From an uncultured Gemmatimonadales bacterium (GTDB lineage Bacteria > Gemmatimonadota > Gemmatimonadetes > Longimicrobiales > RSA9), in contig CAWFKH010000005.1 of the NCBI GenBank assembly GCA_963816355.1, positions 128,001 to 192,000 on the forward strand: a stretch of 64,000 bases of DNA, in the 5' to 3' direction. Position numbers and translations under genes: made by a program. Position 1 is the stretch's first letter. The number at the start of each line of letters is the position of its first letter. The notes beneath the pieces were generated by a model. It ran no database searches and was not told where the DNA came from. It saw nothing but the letters and a program-made list of their open reading frames with translations. Of the stretch, positions 1 through 7,350 are shown one piece after another.

Positions 1-372
1 CACGATCCGCTCGAGGTCCACGCGCTCGGGCAGATGGTCGACCAGGCGACGCCAGATCTCCACCACGAGGTTCTCCGTCGTCGGATTCACCCCCTCCATC
101 CACGCCACCTCGACGTTGATGTTCCGGTGGTCGAGGTCCCGCACGACCCGCTCCTCCACCAGATCCCGCAGCCGCTTCAGGTCCAACACGAAACCGGTCT
201 CCGGATCCGGCTCCCCCGCCACCGTCACGTCCATCTCGTAGTTGTGACCGTGCCAGTTCGGATTCGCGCACGCACCGAACACCTCCACGTTCCGCTCCGG
301 CGTCCAGTCCGCCCGCCGCAACCGATGCGCCGCGCTGAAGTGCACGCGGCGCGTCACTCTCACTCTCGCCAT
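1..372 (-). CDS. queD: 6-carboxytetrahydropterin synthase (QueD/PTPS family), runs off window start
   Basis: Manual translation from ATG at 372 gives MARVRVTRRVHFSAAHRL...GACANPNWHGHNYEMDVTV...LDHRNIN...PTTENLV, with FSAAH, HGHNY, LDH and PTxEN motifs. Missing from the ORF track because there is no stop in the window. Confidence 0.9.
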   Translation of the reverse strand, partial: MARVRVTRRVHFSAAHRLRRADWTPERNVEVFGACANPNWHGHNYEMDVTVAGEPDPETGFVLDLKRLRDLVEERVVRDLDHRNINVEVAWMEGVNPTTENLVVEIWRRLVDHLPERVDLERIV

Positions 373-500
373 TCGCTCTCCTATCCGGCGGATCGGCAAC
401 CCGCGAGAAGGCGCGCCCCGTCGACCCGGCTCCGCGGCGGCCCCACGCACCGGGGCGTGGTAAATCGAGGGCCTGCCCCGCCCACATGGCCCCGCGAGGG

Positions 501-546
501 CCTCGCGGCGACCTCGCGGCGGCCTCGCGGCGGCCTCGCGGCGGCC
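501..546. repeat. 11-bp tandem repeat (CCTCGCGGCGR x4)
   Basis: Units at 501, 512, 523 and 534, intergenic upstream of queD. Confidence 0.85.
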
Positions 547-638
547 CAAGCTCAACGATAGTGCACCCGCCGCCGGACGCAAACCGCGGCCGCGCGGCGC
601 GCCGCATCGCCGCAGCGTTCGCGTCGCGATGCGCCAAG

Positions 639-670
639 AAAAAGGCCGGCCCGCTCGCGGCGGGCCGGCC
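639..670 (-). terminator. Rho-independent terminator of the 6S RNA
   Basis: Stem GGCCGGCCCGC (644-654) / GCGGGCCGGCC (660-670); A5 at 639-643 gives the U-tract on the minus strand. Confidence 0.85.
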
Positions 671-830
671 CGGTGACGCACCGAAGGGTGTTTTTGAAGC
701 CCCATCGATGAATGGGTGGTCACCTCCCCGTCCCTTGCCGTCTTCCCCAGAGGGCGTGACGTCCGGAACAGAAGTCGGTCCCTGCTTCAGTAGTGTCGGC
801 TCAAAAATGATTCCCTTCAGCACGCCACTG
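671..830 (-). ncRNA. ssrS: 6S RNA
   Basis: Minus-strand RNA folds as a rod. GUGGCGUGCUGAAGGG (828-813) pairs with CCCUUCGGUGCGUCAC (688-673), and UUUUUGAGCC pairs with GGCUUCAAAAA to close a central bubble. UGAGCCGACAC and CACC...GGCUUCAA resemble the 6S bubble flanks. It has its own promoter and terminator and no credible ORF. Confidence 0.82.
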
Positions 831-835
831 GCCAA

Positions 836-864
836 AAATTACCCGGAACGACGGCGAAGGTCAA
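836..864 (-). promoter_or_regulatory. sigma70-type promoter of the 6S RNA
   Basis: TTGACC (864-859), 17-nt spacer, TAATTT (841-836), about 6 nt upstream of the RNA 5' stem. Confidence 0.75.
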
Positions 865-1297
865 GCGCGGCGGGGGTTTGGAGGGGGCGGCGGAGGACGC
901 GGGGGAGGGCGCGGAGGAGGACGGCGGGGGGGCGCGGAGGCGGACGTGGGGAGCTGGCGGGGCAACGGACGCGGCGAGCGGGGGACGGAGGTGCGAAATG
1001 GAGCGACGCGGGGAGCCGCGGCGACGCGCCGGGCCATGGCCGCGAGCGCGCCGCCGAACGCGGGTGAGGCGGGCAGGGGTGACATCCGGAGCCTGGCAAC
1101 TCGCTCGCACGGGGTAGGCTCCGGCGAGGGACCTCGGCGCAACGGCGGCGCCGGCGACATGGCCGAGTCGACGGGACGCGCACATCGGCCTTCTCGTGCG
1201 TCCATTCTCGCACCTCCTCCTCGCGCTTCCTCCAGCGGGAGACCGCTCGACACGCTGCCCCGCGACCCTTGACCATCGGGGTGAGGCATGCAGTAAT

Positions 1298-1372
1298 GCG
1301 AAACGTGCGTTCGCAGATCGGAGGCGGGCGTGTAGGGAAGCGAAACGGCGTTACGGAAACAAGCAGTTATCT
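1298..1372 (+). other. Putative integron attI site (first-cassette junction)
   Basis: GGAAAC-AAGCA-GTTATCT simple site with the R box at 1366-1372. GTTATCTGCCATTGGGC (1366-1382) is the reverse complement, with one mismatch, of the end of cassette 1 (GCCCAACGGCAGATAAC, 1980-1996). No attC-type hairpin lies upstream; GCGAAACG direct repeats occur at 1298 and 1340. Confidence 0.6.
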
Positions 1373-1414
1373 GCCATTGGGCACCGCTGGGCAGCAATTT
1401 GAGGAGCAGCGCTT

Positions 1415-1975
1415 ATGGGTGACATCGCGATCGTTGAGCTTGCGGACGAACTGCAGGTTTACAAGCAGACGGTCTTCAAGGCAGCGAAACGACTCGGCAT
1501 AAATCCGGGTCGCGTCAGGGACCCTGATCGGGGAAACCAGCTGGTCGCCACGTTGAGTCAGGCGGAAGCAGAAGCGGTGGCGAAGGAGATTTCGACAGCG
1601 TCATCCACATCAGGCAACGGGAGCGAGGCGGTACCTGGTTCGGGCGTTTTCTACATCATGCAGTTGGAGCCGGAGCACGATGTGGGGCGGATCAAGGTCG
1701 GATTCACGACTGATCTCGAAGGGCGGCTGAGAAAGCACCGGTGTTCGGCTCCGTTCGCCGAGTGCGTGCAGCATTGGCCGGCTCGACGCACCTGGGAAAG
1801 AGCCGCGATTGACTGCATCACCGAGGGCTTGGAGCAGTTGCATACCGAGGTTTACAGGGCGGATGACCTGAAGGACGTGCTCTCAAGAGCGCAGGGATTC
1901 TTTGACCTCATGCCTGTCTTGGGAATCGGTGGAGAGGATGAGGAAGTGGATTTCCTCGACGGTCTTGGTCCGTGA
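1415..1975 (+). CDS. Cassette 1: GIY-YIG (T5orf172/MUG113-like) domain protein with N-terminal HTH-like region
   Basis: GVFYIMQL...RIKVGFTTDLEGRLRKH...E motif; RBS GAGGAG; followed directly by attC. Confidence 0.65.
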   Translation: MGDIAIVELADELQVYKQTVFKAAKRLGINPGRVRDPDRGNQLVATLSQAEAEAVAKEISTASSTSGNGSEAVPGSGVFYIMQLEPEHDVGRIKVGFTTDLEGRLRKHRCSAPFAECVQHWPARRTWERAAIDCITEGLEQLHTEVYRADDLKDVLSRAQGFFDLMPVLGIGGEDEEVDFLDGLGP

Positions 1976-1989
1976 TAGAGCCCAACGGC

Positions 1990-2144
1990 AGATAACAAGC
2001 GGCTGGCGCCTCCGCGGCCTTCGGCCGCTCCGGAGAAACCCGGCGCAGCCGTCTCTGAGCAAATCGAGGCTCGTTTAGTATCGAAGGTTGTGGGGCTGGT
2101 CAGTGTCTCAGTGCGCCGGCTTCGCCAGCCTGGAAACGTTAGAC
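1990..2144 (+). other. attC site 1
   Basis: R'' AGATAAC (1990-1996), L boxes GGCTGGCG / CGCCAGCC, R' GTTAGAC (2138-2144); ends are closely similar to attC2. Confidence 0.85.
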
Positions 2145-2178
2145 GCCATGCCGTGGCCGTACCTAGAAAGGTGGTTCT

Positions 2179-2640
2179 GTGGACCTTGAACTGGTCATCG
2201 GCATCGCTGGGTTGGTCCTCGCAGTACTCACCTACTTTGCGGGGGTACAGCGCGGTAAGATCCAGGAACAGGAGCGTCGGGAGCACGACCGAGCAGCAGA
2301 AGAGGACCGTCGACTCTATGAGCTCCGGTCGAAGCTGGTGGACGAATTCGTCGACATGCGTCGTCGCAACCTCGACTCGGGTCCCCCCGCCCTGGTTCGA
2401 CTTGGATTAGATAAACTGGGATCCGATGAGCAGATTCGGATCGCAATTCAAGAGATGGAGGCACGCACGAAGGGAAGCCCGTGGGGTCGTTACGCACCAC
2501 AGGTGGCAGACGTCAACTTGCTCGCATTCTTCCGGCACTGCAGTCAGAACGGTCTTGATTTCCGAAGAACCGGAACAATAGAGGATGTAGTGGCGGCGGT
2601 AGAGGAAAAGCATCAGTTGGGAGAGGGCCACGGCGTCTAA
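2179..2640 (+). CDS. Cassette 2: hypothetical protein with N-terminal transmembrane helix and charged helical stretch
   Basis: LVIGIAGLVLAVLTYFAGV hydrophobic segment; stop codon TAA lies inside R'' GTCTAAC, as is common in cassettes. Confidence 0.75.
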   Translation: MDLELVIGIAGLVLAVLTYFAGVQRGKIQEQERREHDRAAEEDRRLYELRSKLVDEFVDMRRRNLDSGPPALVRLGLDKLGSDEQIRIAIQEMEARTKGSPWGRYAPQVADVNLLAFFRHCSQNGLDFRRTGTIEDVVAAVEEKHQLGEGHGV

Positions 2641-2781
2641 CAAACGGCTGGCGCCTGCGCTCCCTTCGGTCGCTCCGAAGAACCCGCCGTTGGCATCGGG
2701 GAGCTGGTGAGGATCTTGTAGTTTCGTAGGCGGCCCAGCGCTGGAGACGATTGAGCGGCGGGTCGCCAGCCTGGAAACGTT
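2635..2781 (+). other. attC site 2, R' box split by the IS110/IS1111 element (continues at 4233)
   Basis: R'' GTCTAAC is complementary to GTTAGAC at 2138. GGCTGGCG...CGCCAGCCTGGAAACGTT; removing 2782-4232 restores GTTATCT. Confidence 0.85.
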
Positions 2782-4232
2782 GATATGGAAGGGCCTGTCA
2801 AGCAGCGAGTGGAGGCGGGGCGGCTTCGACGGTGAATCCTGCTGATATACGCCGGTTGTTCAGAGGAACAGAGCGGCAAGAATTCGGATTCGTCCGGAGC
2901 GGCCCCAGTCTATACACCAGGATTGGGCGGAACGCCGTACCTGCTAACGTTTTCGGGGGTTCTCCTCTCGTGCCCCGCCTCCTGTGAGTGTCACGCGGCG
3001 TTTTGGAGCTGCTGGTCGTAGAGTTCTTCGTCCTGGAGCACCGCCCAGATGAAACCGACCATTTCTCGAGCCGCTGCGACGACCGCGACCTGGAAGGGAC
3101 GCCGGTGGCTCACGCGGTGGAAGAGCTTGTGAAGGCGGTGCTGAGCTTTCCAGGCATGGGCGATGATGGCGGGATCCTGAGCGCTCTGGCGTCGAGTGAG
3201 CGCGGCGCTCTGGGATGGACGGTTGCGGTACGACCAGGCCGCCTGAACGAGAACGTGGCGGCAATGGGCGTTGCCGGCTTTTGTGATGGCGCCTTGGCGC
3301 CTGCGTTCCCCGGAAGAGTGCTCGCTGGGGACGAGGCCGAAGTAGGCCATGAGTTGGCGCGGACTCTTGAAGCGACGAAAGTCGCCGATCTCGGTGGCGA
3401 GCACCATCGCCGCGTGCGTATCGATGCCTCGAAAGCAGCGCAGGCGTTCGACGATGAGGCGGTAGCGGGGCTCGAGCGCCAGCCGCTCCACCTGCCGATC
3501 GAGTTCGTCGCGACGGGCAATCTTGTACTCGAGCAGCGCCAGATATTCCGAGAGCACGAGCCGGTCTTCACGGGAGAGGACCTCGGGGCGCAGGAGCTGA
3601 CGGATCCAGACGAAGTGGCGCTGTGTCCAGTTGGTGCCGCCGCGGAAGACGAACCCTCGCCGCCGGAGGAATTTCAGGATGTAGTGGCGGGACTTCAGGA
3701 TCTCGCGCTGGAAAGTCTCCCTGCACCGGACCAGGTCCCGCACCTGCTCTTCGACTTCGGTCGGAATGTGGATCAGGCTCAGCTGCCCCGCGCGGTAGAG
3801 GCGGCCGAGTTGAATGGCGTCCCGCTTGTCGTGCTTGCGCCGGTCGCCGGGGCGCGTCGGGATGAGAGAGGGAGCTGCCAGCTCGCACGGGTAGCCCCAG
3901 GCGCTCATGTGGCGCTGCAGGACGTAGCCGGCGCCGCTCGCTTCATAGCAGGCGTGCACCGTCCCGCGGCGCGCGAGGCGCTCGAAGTAGCGCCGTAGCT
4001 TGTGCACATCGTTGGGGAGGCGGTCCACCTGCTCGGGTTCAGCCGCTTGGCCGATGAAGACCGCGATGGTGACCGAGTCCTTGTGGACGTCGAGACCGAG
4101 GAAGAGATTTGATGTAGCCATAGGGCTGGTCTCCTGTTGCTGCGACCATCGTCGCATGTGGCTCTGGTGACTCCCGCGAACCGGGGCATCAACCCACGGT
4201 AAGCTCGGGAGGCCAGCCCTTCCATTTTGTCT
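2782..4232 (-). mobile_element. IS110-family (IS1111-type) element inserted in an attC R' core
   Basis: Sub-terminal IRs ATGGAAGGGC (2785-2794) / GCCCTTCCAT (4216-4225), 3 and 7 bp from the ends; no TSD; ~200 bp non-coding region downstream of the transposase; one boundary T is ambiguous. Confidence 0.88.
2991..4121 (-). CDS. IS110-family DEDD transposase/recombinase
   Basis: GLDVHK, YEASG and KHDKRDA give D-E-D-D; GLVPSEHSSG serine motif; RBS CAGGAG upstream of ATG 4121. Confidence 0.93.
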   Translation of the reverse strand: MATSNLFLGLDVHKDSVTIAVFIGQAAEPEQVDRLPNDVHKLRRYFERLARRGTVHACYEASGAGYVLQRHMSAWGYPCELAAPSLIPTRPGDRRKHDKRDAIQLGRLYRAGQLSLIHIPTEVEEQVRDLVRCRETFQREILKSRHYILKFLRRRGFVFRGGTNWTQRHFVWIRQLLRPEVLSREDRLVLSEYLALLEYKIARRDELDRQVERLALEPRYRLIVERLRCFRGIDTHAAMVLATEIGDFRRFKSPRQLMAYFGLVPSEHSSGERRRQGAITKAGNAHCRHVLVQAAWSYRNRPSQSAALTRRQSAQDPAIIAHAWKAQHRLHKLFHRVSHRRPFQVAVVAAAREMVGFIWAVLQDEELYDQQLQNAA

Positions 4233-4269
4233 ATCTGCCATGAGCCGCACGACGTGATTAGATTGGCGG

Positions 4270-4548
4270 ATGAGCCCGAGCGAGCGATTCGAGCGACCCG
4301 AGTGGTGGGAGTGGGAGCTCGCGTTCACGGCTCACGTCGAAGCACGCATGGAGGAGCGTGGATTCTCCGAGGTCGATCTGCGCGAGATGCTCGAGGATGC
4401 ATCGGATCTGGAGCAGAGCCGGAATCCGAGGCGCTGGCTGGTCCGCACCCGCTCTGGCGGCGCGCCGTGGATCGTCGTGGTTGAGCCCGATCCTGATGAA
4501 CAGGTGCTTCTGATCGTCACCGCTTACCTTCGAGACGCCCGCCGATGA
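4270..4548 (+). CDS. Cassette 3: DUF4258-like (RelE-like) putative toxin
   Basis: FTAHVEARMEERGFS...LLIVTAY pattern; ATGA overlap with the next gene. Confidence 0.75.
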   Translation: MSPSERFERPEWWEWELAFTAHVEARMEERGFSEVDLREMLEDASDLEQSRNPRRWLVRTRSGGAPWIVVVEPDPDEQVLLIVTAYLRDARR

Positions 4549-4814
4549 AAACTCTCACCGTCCAAGTGACCTACCGCAAAGGCGAGCCCTTTGCCGCCTA
4601 CATTTACCTGGCTGCGAAGCCGGGCCAGAAGAGTGCACGGACCGAAGACGTCAGTCCCGACCTCGTCATCGACTACGCGGCCGACGGCACCCCGCTCGGG
4701 ATTGAAATCGTTTCGCCGGGATTCGTCACCCTCGACGAGATCCACGCCGTCTTCGACCGACTCGGCCTGGGACGCCCGGAACCATCGGAATTGGCGCCGC
4801 TCAGGGCGGCCTGA
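4545..4814 (+). CDS. Cassette 3: DUF2283-like putative antitoxin
   Basis: AAYIYL...VIDYAADGTPLGIEI pattern; coupled to the DUF4258-like gene. Confidence 0.8.
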   Translation: MKTLTVQVTYRKGEPFAAYIYLAAKPGQKSARTEDVSPDLVIDYAADGTPLGIEIVSPGFVTLDEIHAVFDRLGLGRPEPSELAPLRAA

Positions 4815-4856
4815 CTTCCCCAGCGGGTGGGCCAGCCCCGGCAGCGGCTCACATAG

Positions 4857-6615
4857 CCTGCCATATTCACCACGCGTAGCTTGAGGGGTCTGAGGGCGTG
4901 ATTTCGAGTTTGGAGCGCCGCGGACGTGGCGGCGAGGCTGATTTCGGGGACAGGCCCCCTTTCCCCCGGGCGCGCCGCCGACGGCTCGTTGCTCCTCAGC
5001 TCCCCGCCCAAGGGTGCTACGCCGGCGTGGGCAGGGCCAGGGTGGCGGGGGAGCCGCGTGCCGGGTGACGTCGGTTCAGCTCTCGCCAGAATCGCTGCCA
5101 CACGTGCGCGCGGGCGGCTTCGATGACGAGCGTGATGCGCCGGCCATGAAGGAGCACGCGGCCGGCCGCCTTGAGCACCAGCTGGCGGAAGCGCTGCCGG
5201 GTCATGACATGGCGTTCGTCCGCAGAGGCGAGCTCGGCGCCGGCGCGCAGCAGATTGGCCGCGACGAGGCTCAGCAGCAGGCGCGCCTCGTTGGCGCCGA
5301 AGCTGTCGGTCTGCGGCTCGGGGGTGGCGATGGTCCGCCCGCGGTAGTGCTGCTTGGGCCGCGGCGCGGACGAGAGCGCCAGCGCCAGCGTGCTCTTCCA
5401 GTCGCCGAAGTCGCGCTCGGCTTCGCCCCGCGCCCGGTAGCGCTCCAGCAGCGCCGGGCCATCCACCTCCTGGGCACTCGCGTTGGTGAGCAGGAAGAAA
5501 TGATCGAGGAAGAGCTCCCCCTGCTCGTCGGAGCGCTCCAGCACCACCAGCACCACCCGGCGCGAGCGGTCCCAGCGCGCCGCGCTGTAGACCAGCTCGT
5601 GCGTCCAGACCCGACCCTCGGCCGGCGGGTGTCCAGGCGGCCGCCTCAGGTACGGCGCCGCGAGCTTCCCCAGGCGGGCGTTGCCGCGCAGGCGCGCCAC
5701 GTAGCGCACGCCCTCATCTTCCAGCGTCGCGAGCAGCTCATTCTCCGGGAACCCCGCGTCCATGCGCAGCCATACCCGCTCCGCCTGCGTCCTGGCCCAG
5801 AGCACGGCCGGGATCACGAACGCCAGCGCCCCGTGCGCCGTGTGCGCGTTCCCCTCCCGCAGCTCGGCCGCCAGAAAGTCCCCCAGTTCCCAACGCAGCA
5901 CCAACGGATGGTAGCAGCGATAACCGTAGTGCCCGTTCCAGGCGCTCCCCGGCTGTAGCCCGTGCACCTCCACCGGCAGGGAGTCCAGATCCAGCGTGAC
6001 TTCTGCCAGGCGCGGAGCGTGGCGGCCCCGCCGCCGCTCTGCCCCCGCCCGCAGCAGCGCGGACAGCCCCCGCCGGTTGCGCAGGCCGGCCAGCATTGCG
6101 AGCAGCCGCGAGAAGGTCGGCTGCGAGGCCAGCCCCGAGGCCGCCCCCGCAGCCCCGCCCCGCACCGGCGCCGTCCCCCGCCGCCGCGACACCGCCAGGC
6201 GCAGCGCCGGATCGGCGCGTAGCAGGTCCGCATCCCGCTGGTCCGTCCAGCCCTGCGCCAAGAGGAGCACCTGCGTGAGCACCAGCTCGAGGAAGTCGTG
6301 CCTGACGCGCCCCGCGTTCCGCAGATCCTGCAGGTGCCGCCGCACGAGTGCGGGGAAGCCCAGCCGCCCCAGCAGCGAGCGCAGCAGCACCGCGCCCGCG
6401 TCCGAGGTCAGCCGCTCCGGCCGCGCCTCCACCCGCACCGAACGGTTGAAATCCAGCCGGAAAAGCGTACCTTGTTCTTCACCCATGGCGTGTTCTTCGT
6501 CGGAGCAGGTAACAATGCTGTCTCGCAACCGCATCTTACTGCCACTTCGAAGGATGCGCCATGTGGCTTCCCGGCCACACTATCCCTCCGCTACCTCACT
6601 CGTGAATACGGCAGG
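4857..6615 (-). mobile_element. IS1380-family element, copy A
   Basis: TIRs CCTGCCATATTCAC (4857-4870) / GTGAATACGGCAGG (6602-6615); ends 3 bp before R'' of attC3; no clear TSD. Confidence 0.85.
5017..6486 (-). CDS. IS1380-family transposase
   Basis: LTSDAGAVLL, LDLDS, GHYGYRCYHPL, LRMDAGF and YRARGEAE motifs; start MGEEQG is homologous to MGESKL of copy B. Confidence 0.9.
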   Translation of the reverse strand: MGEEQGTLFRLDFNRSVRVEARPERLTSDAGAVLLRSLLGRLGFPALVRRHLQDLRNAGRVRHDFLELVLTQVLLLAQGWTDQRDADLLRADPALRLAVSRRRGTAPVRGGAAGAASGLASQPTFSRLLAMLAGLRNRRGLSALLRAGAERRRGRHAPRLAEVTLDLDSLPVEVHGLQPGSAWNGHYGYRCYHPLVLRWELGDFLAAELREGNAHTAHGALAFVIPAVLWARTQAERVWLRMDAGFPENELLATLEDEGVRYVARLRGNARLGKLAAPYLRRPPGHPPAEGRVWTHELVYSAARWDRSRRVVLVVLERSDEQGELFLDHFFLLTNASAQEVDGPALLERYRARGEAERDFGDWKSTLALALSSAPRPKQHYRGRTIATPEPQTDSFGANEARLLLSLVAANLLRAGAELASADERHVMTRQRFRQLVLKAAGRVLLHGRRITLVIEAARAHVWQRFWRELNRRHPARGSPATLALPTPA

Positions 6616-6618
6616 ATC

Positions 6619-6737
6619 AGATAACACACGGTGAGCGCCTGCGCGGCTTCGCCGCTCCGGCCCTCGGGGGACACCGAATCCTCAGCGCCGCGTTGCGGCG
6701 CCTCCGGTTCGGCGTCGCTCACCTACAAACGTTAACT
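6619..6737 (+). other. attC site 3
   Basis: R'' AGATAAC (6619-6625), L boxes GGTGAGCG / CGCTCACC, R' GTTAACT (6731-6737); R'' complements the reconstructed GTTATCT that opens cassette 3. Confidence 0.87.
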
Positions 6738-6766
6738 GACATCGCCAAGCGCGGGGGAGAAGTCGG

Positions 6767-7309
6767 ATGGCGAGCTTCGTCTACGCTGACAACTCAAACG
6801 TTTGGATAGAGGGCATGCATGTCAGCGCCGTGGTGAACGGACTGGCTCCGTCACTTTGGGACGCCCAGGACAATCACATCTGTGACTCCGGATGGCGCTT
6901 GGACTTTGGACGCCTCTTGGAGTTCGCTGGAGGCGAGAGGTCGCAGATAGGCAGAGCTGTTCTCTACGGCTCGCGACCGCCGGCGAACGACTCCCTCTGG
7001 AACGCCGCCAAGACCAGGGGCTTCGAGGTCATTGTCCACGACCGGAACATCCGCAATAGAGAGAAGAAGGTTGACACGAACATCGCGACGGACATCGTGG
7101 CCGACTCCTACGAGTTGATGGATCCGGCGCAGGACGAAATCGTCTTGGTGGCGGGCGATAGCGACTACGTCCCAACCGACGAGCGCCTTGTAACGCGGGG
7201 AATCACGTTCAACGTCGTCTTCTGGGACCATGCGGCGCACGAGCCCCGAGAGGCCGCCACGCACTTTACCTCTCTCAACCCATACCTCGAACATCTGCGA
7301 CATAGGTAG
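6767..7309 (+). CDS. Cassette 4: NYN-domain (LabA/DUF88, PIN-like) ribonuclease
   Basis: FVYADNSNV, REKKVDTNIATD and VLVAGDSDYVP supply the four acidic catalytic positions of NYN/PIN. Confidence 0.88.
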   Translation: MASFVYADNSNVWIEGMHVSAVVNGLAPSLWDAQDNHICDSGWRLDFGRLLEFAGGERSQIGRAVLYGSRPPANDSLWNAAKTRGFEVIVHDRNIRNREKKVDTNIATDIVADSYELMDPAQDEIVLVAGDSDYVPTDERLVTRGITFNVVFWDHAAHEPREAATHFTSLNPYLEHLRHR

Positions 7310-7350
7310 GCCGTCGTGGCTGTGGCGTAATTCACTGGAATACCGACCTG

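Noticed and set aside
1275..1286. 12-mer ATCGGGGTGAGG shared with 62360-62371 as attL/attR of one large element
   Set aside because: The interval is mostly housekeeping genes, and a single 12-mer match is plausible by chance in a window this size.
861..1397. Minus-strand ORF opposite attI as the integron integrase
   Set aside because: Low-complexity Pro/Arg sequence with no tyrosine-recombinase motifs in any of the three minus frames; at most a leader remnant.
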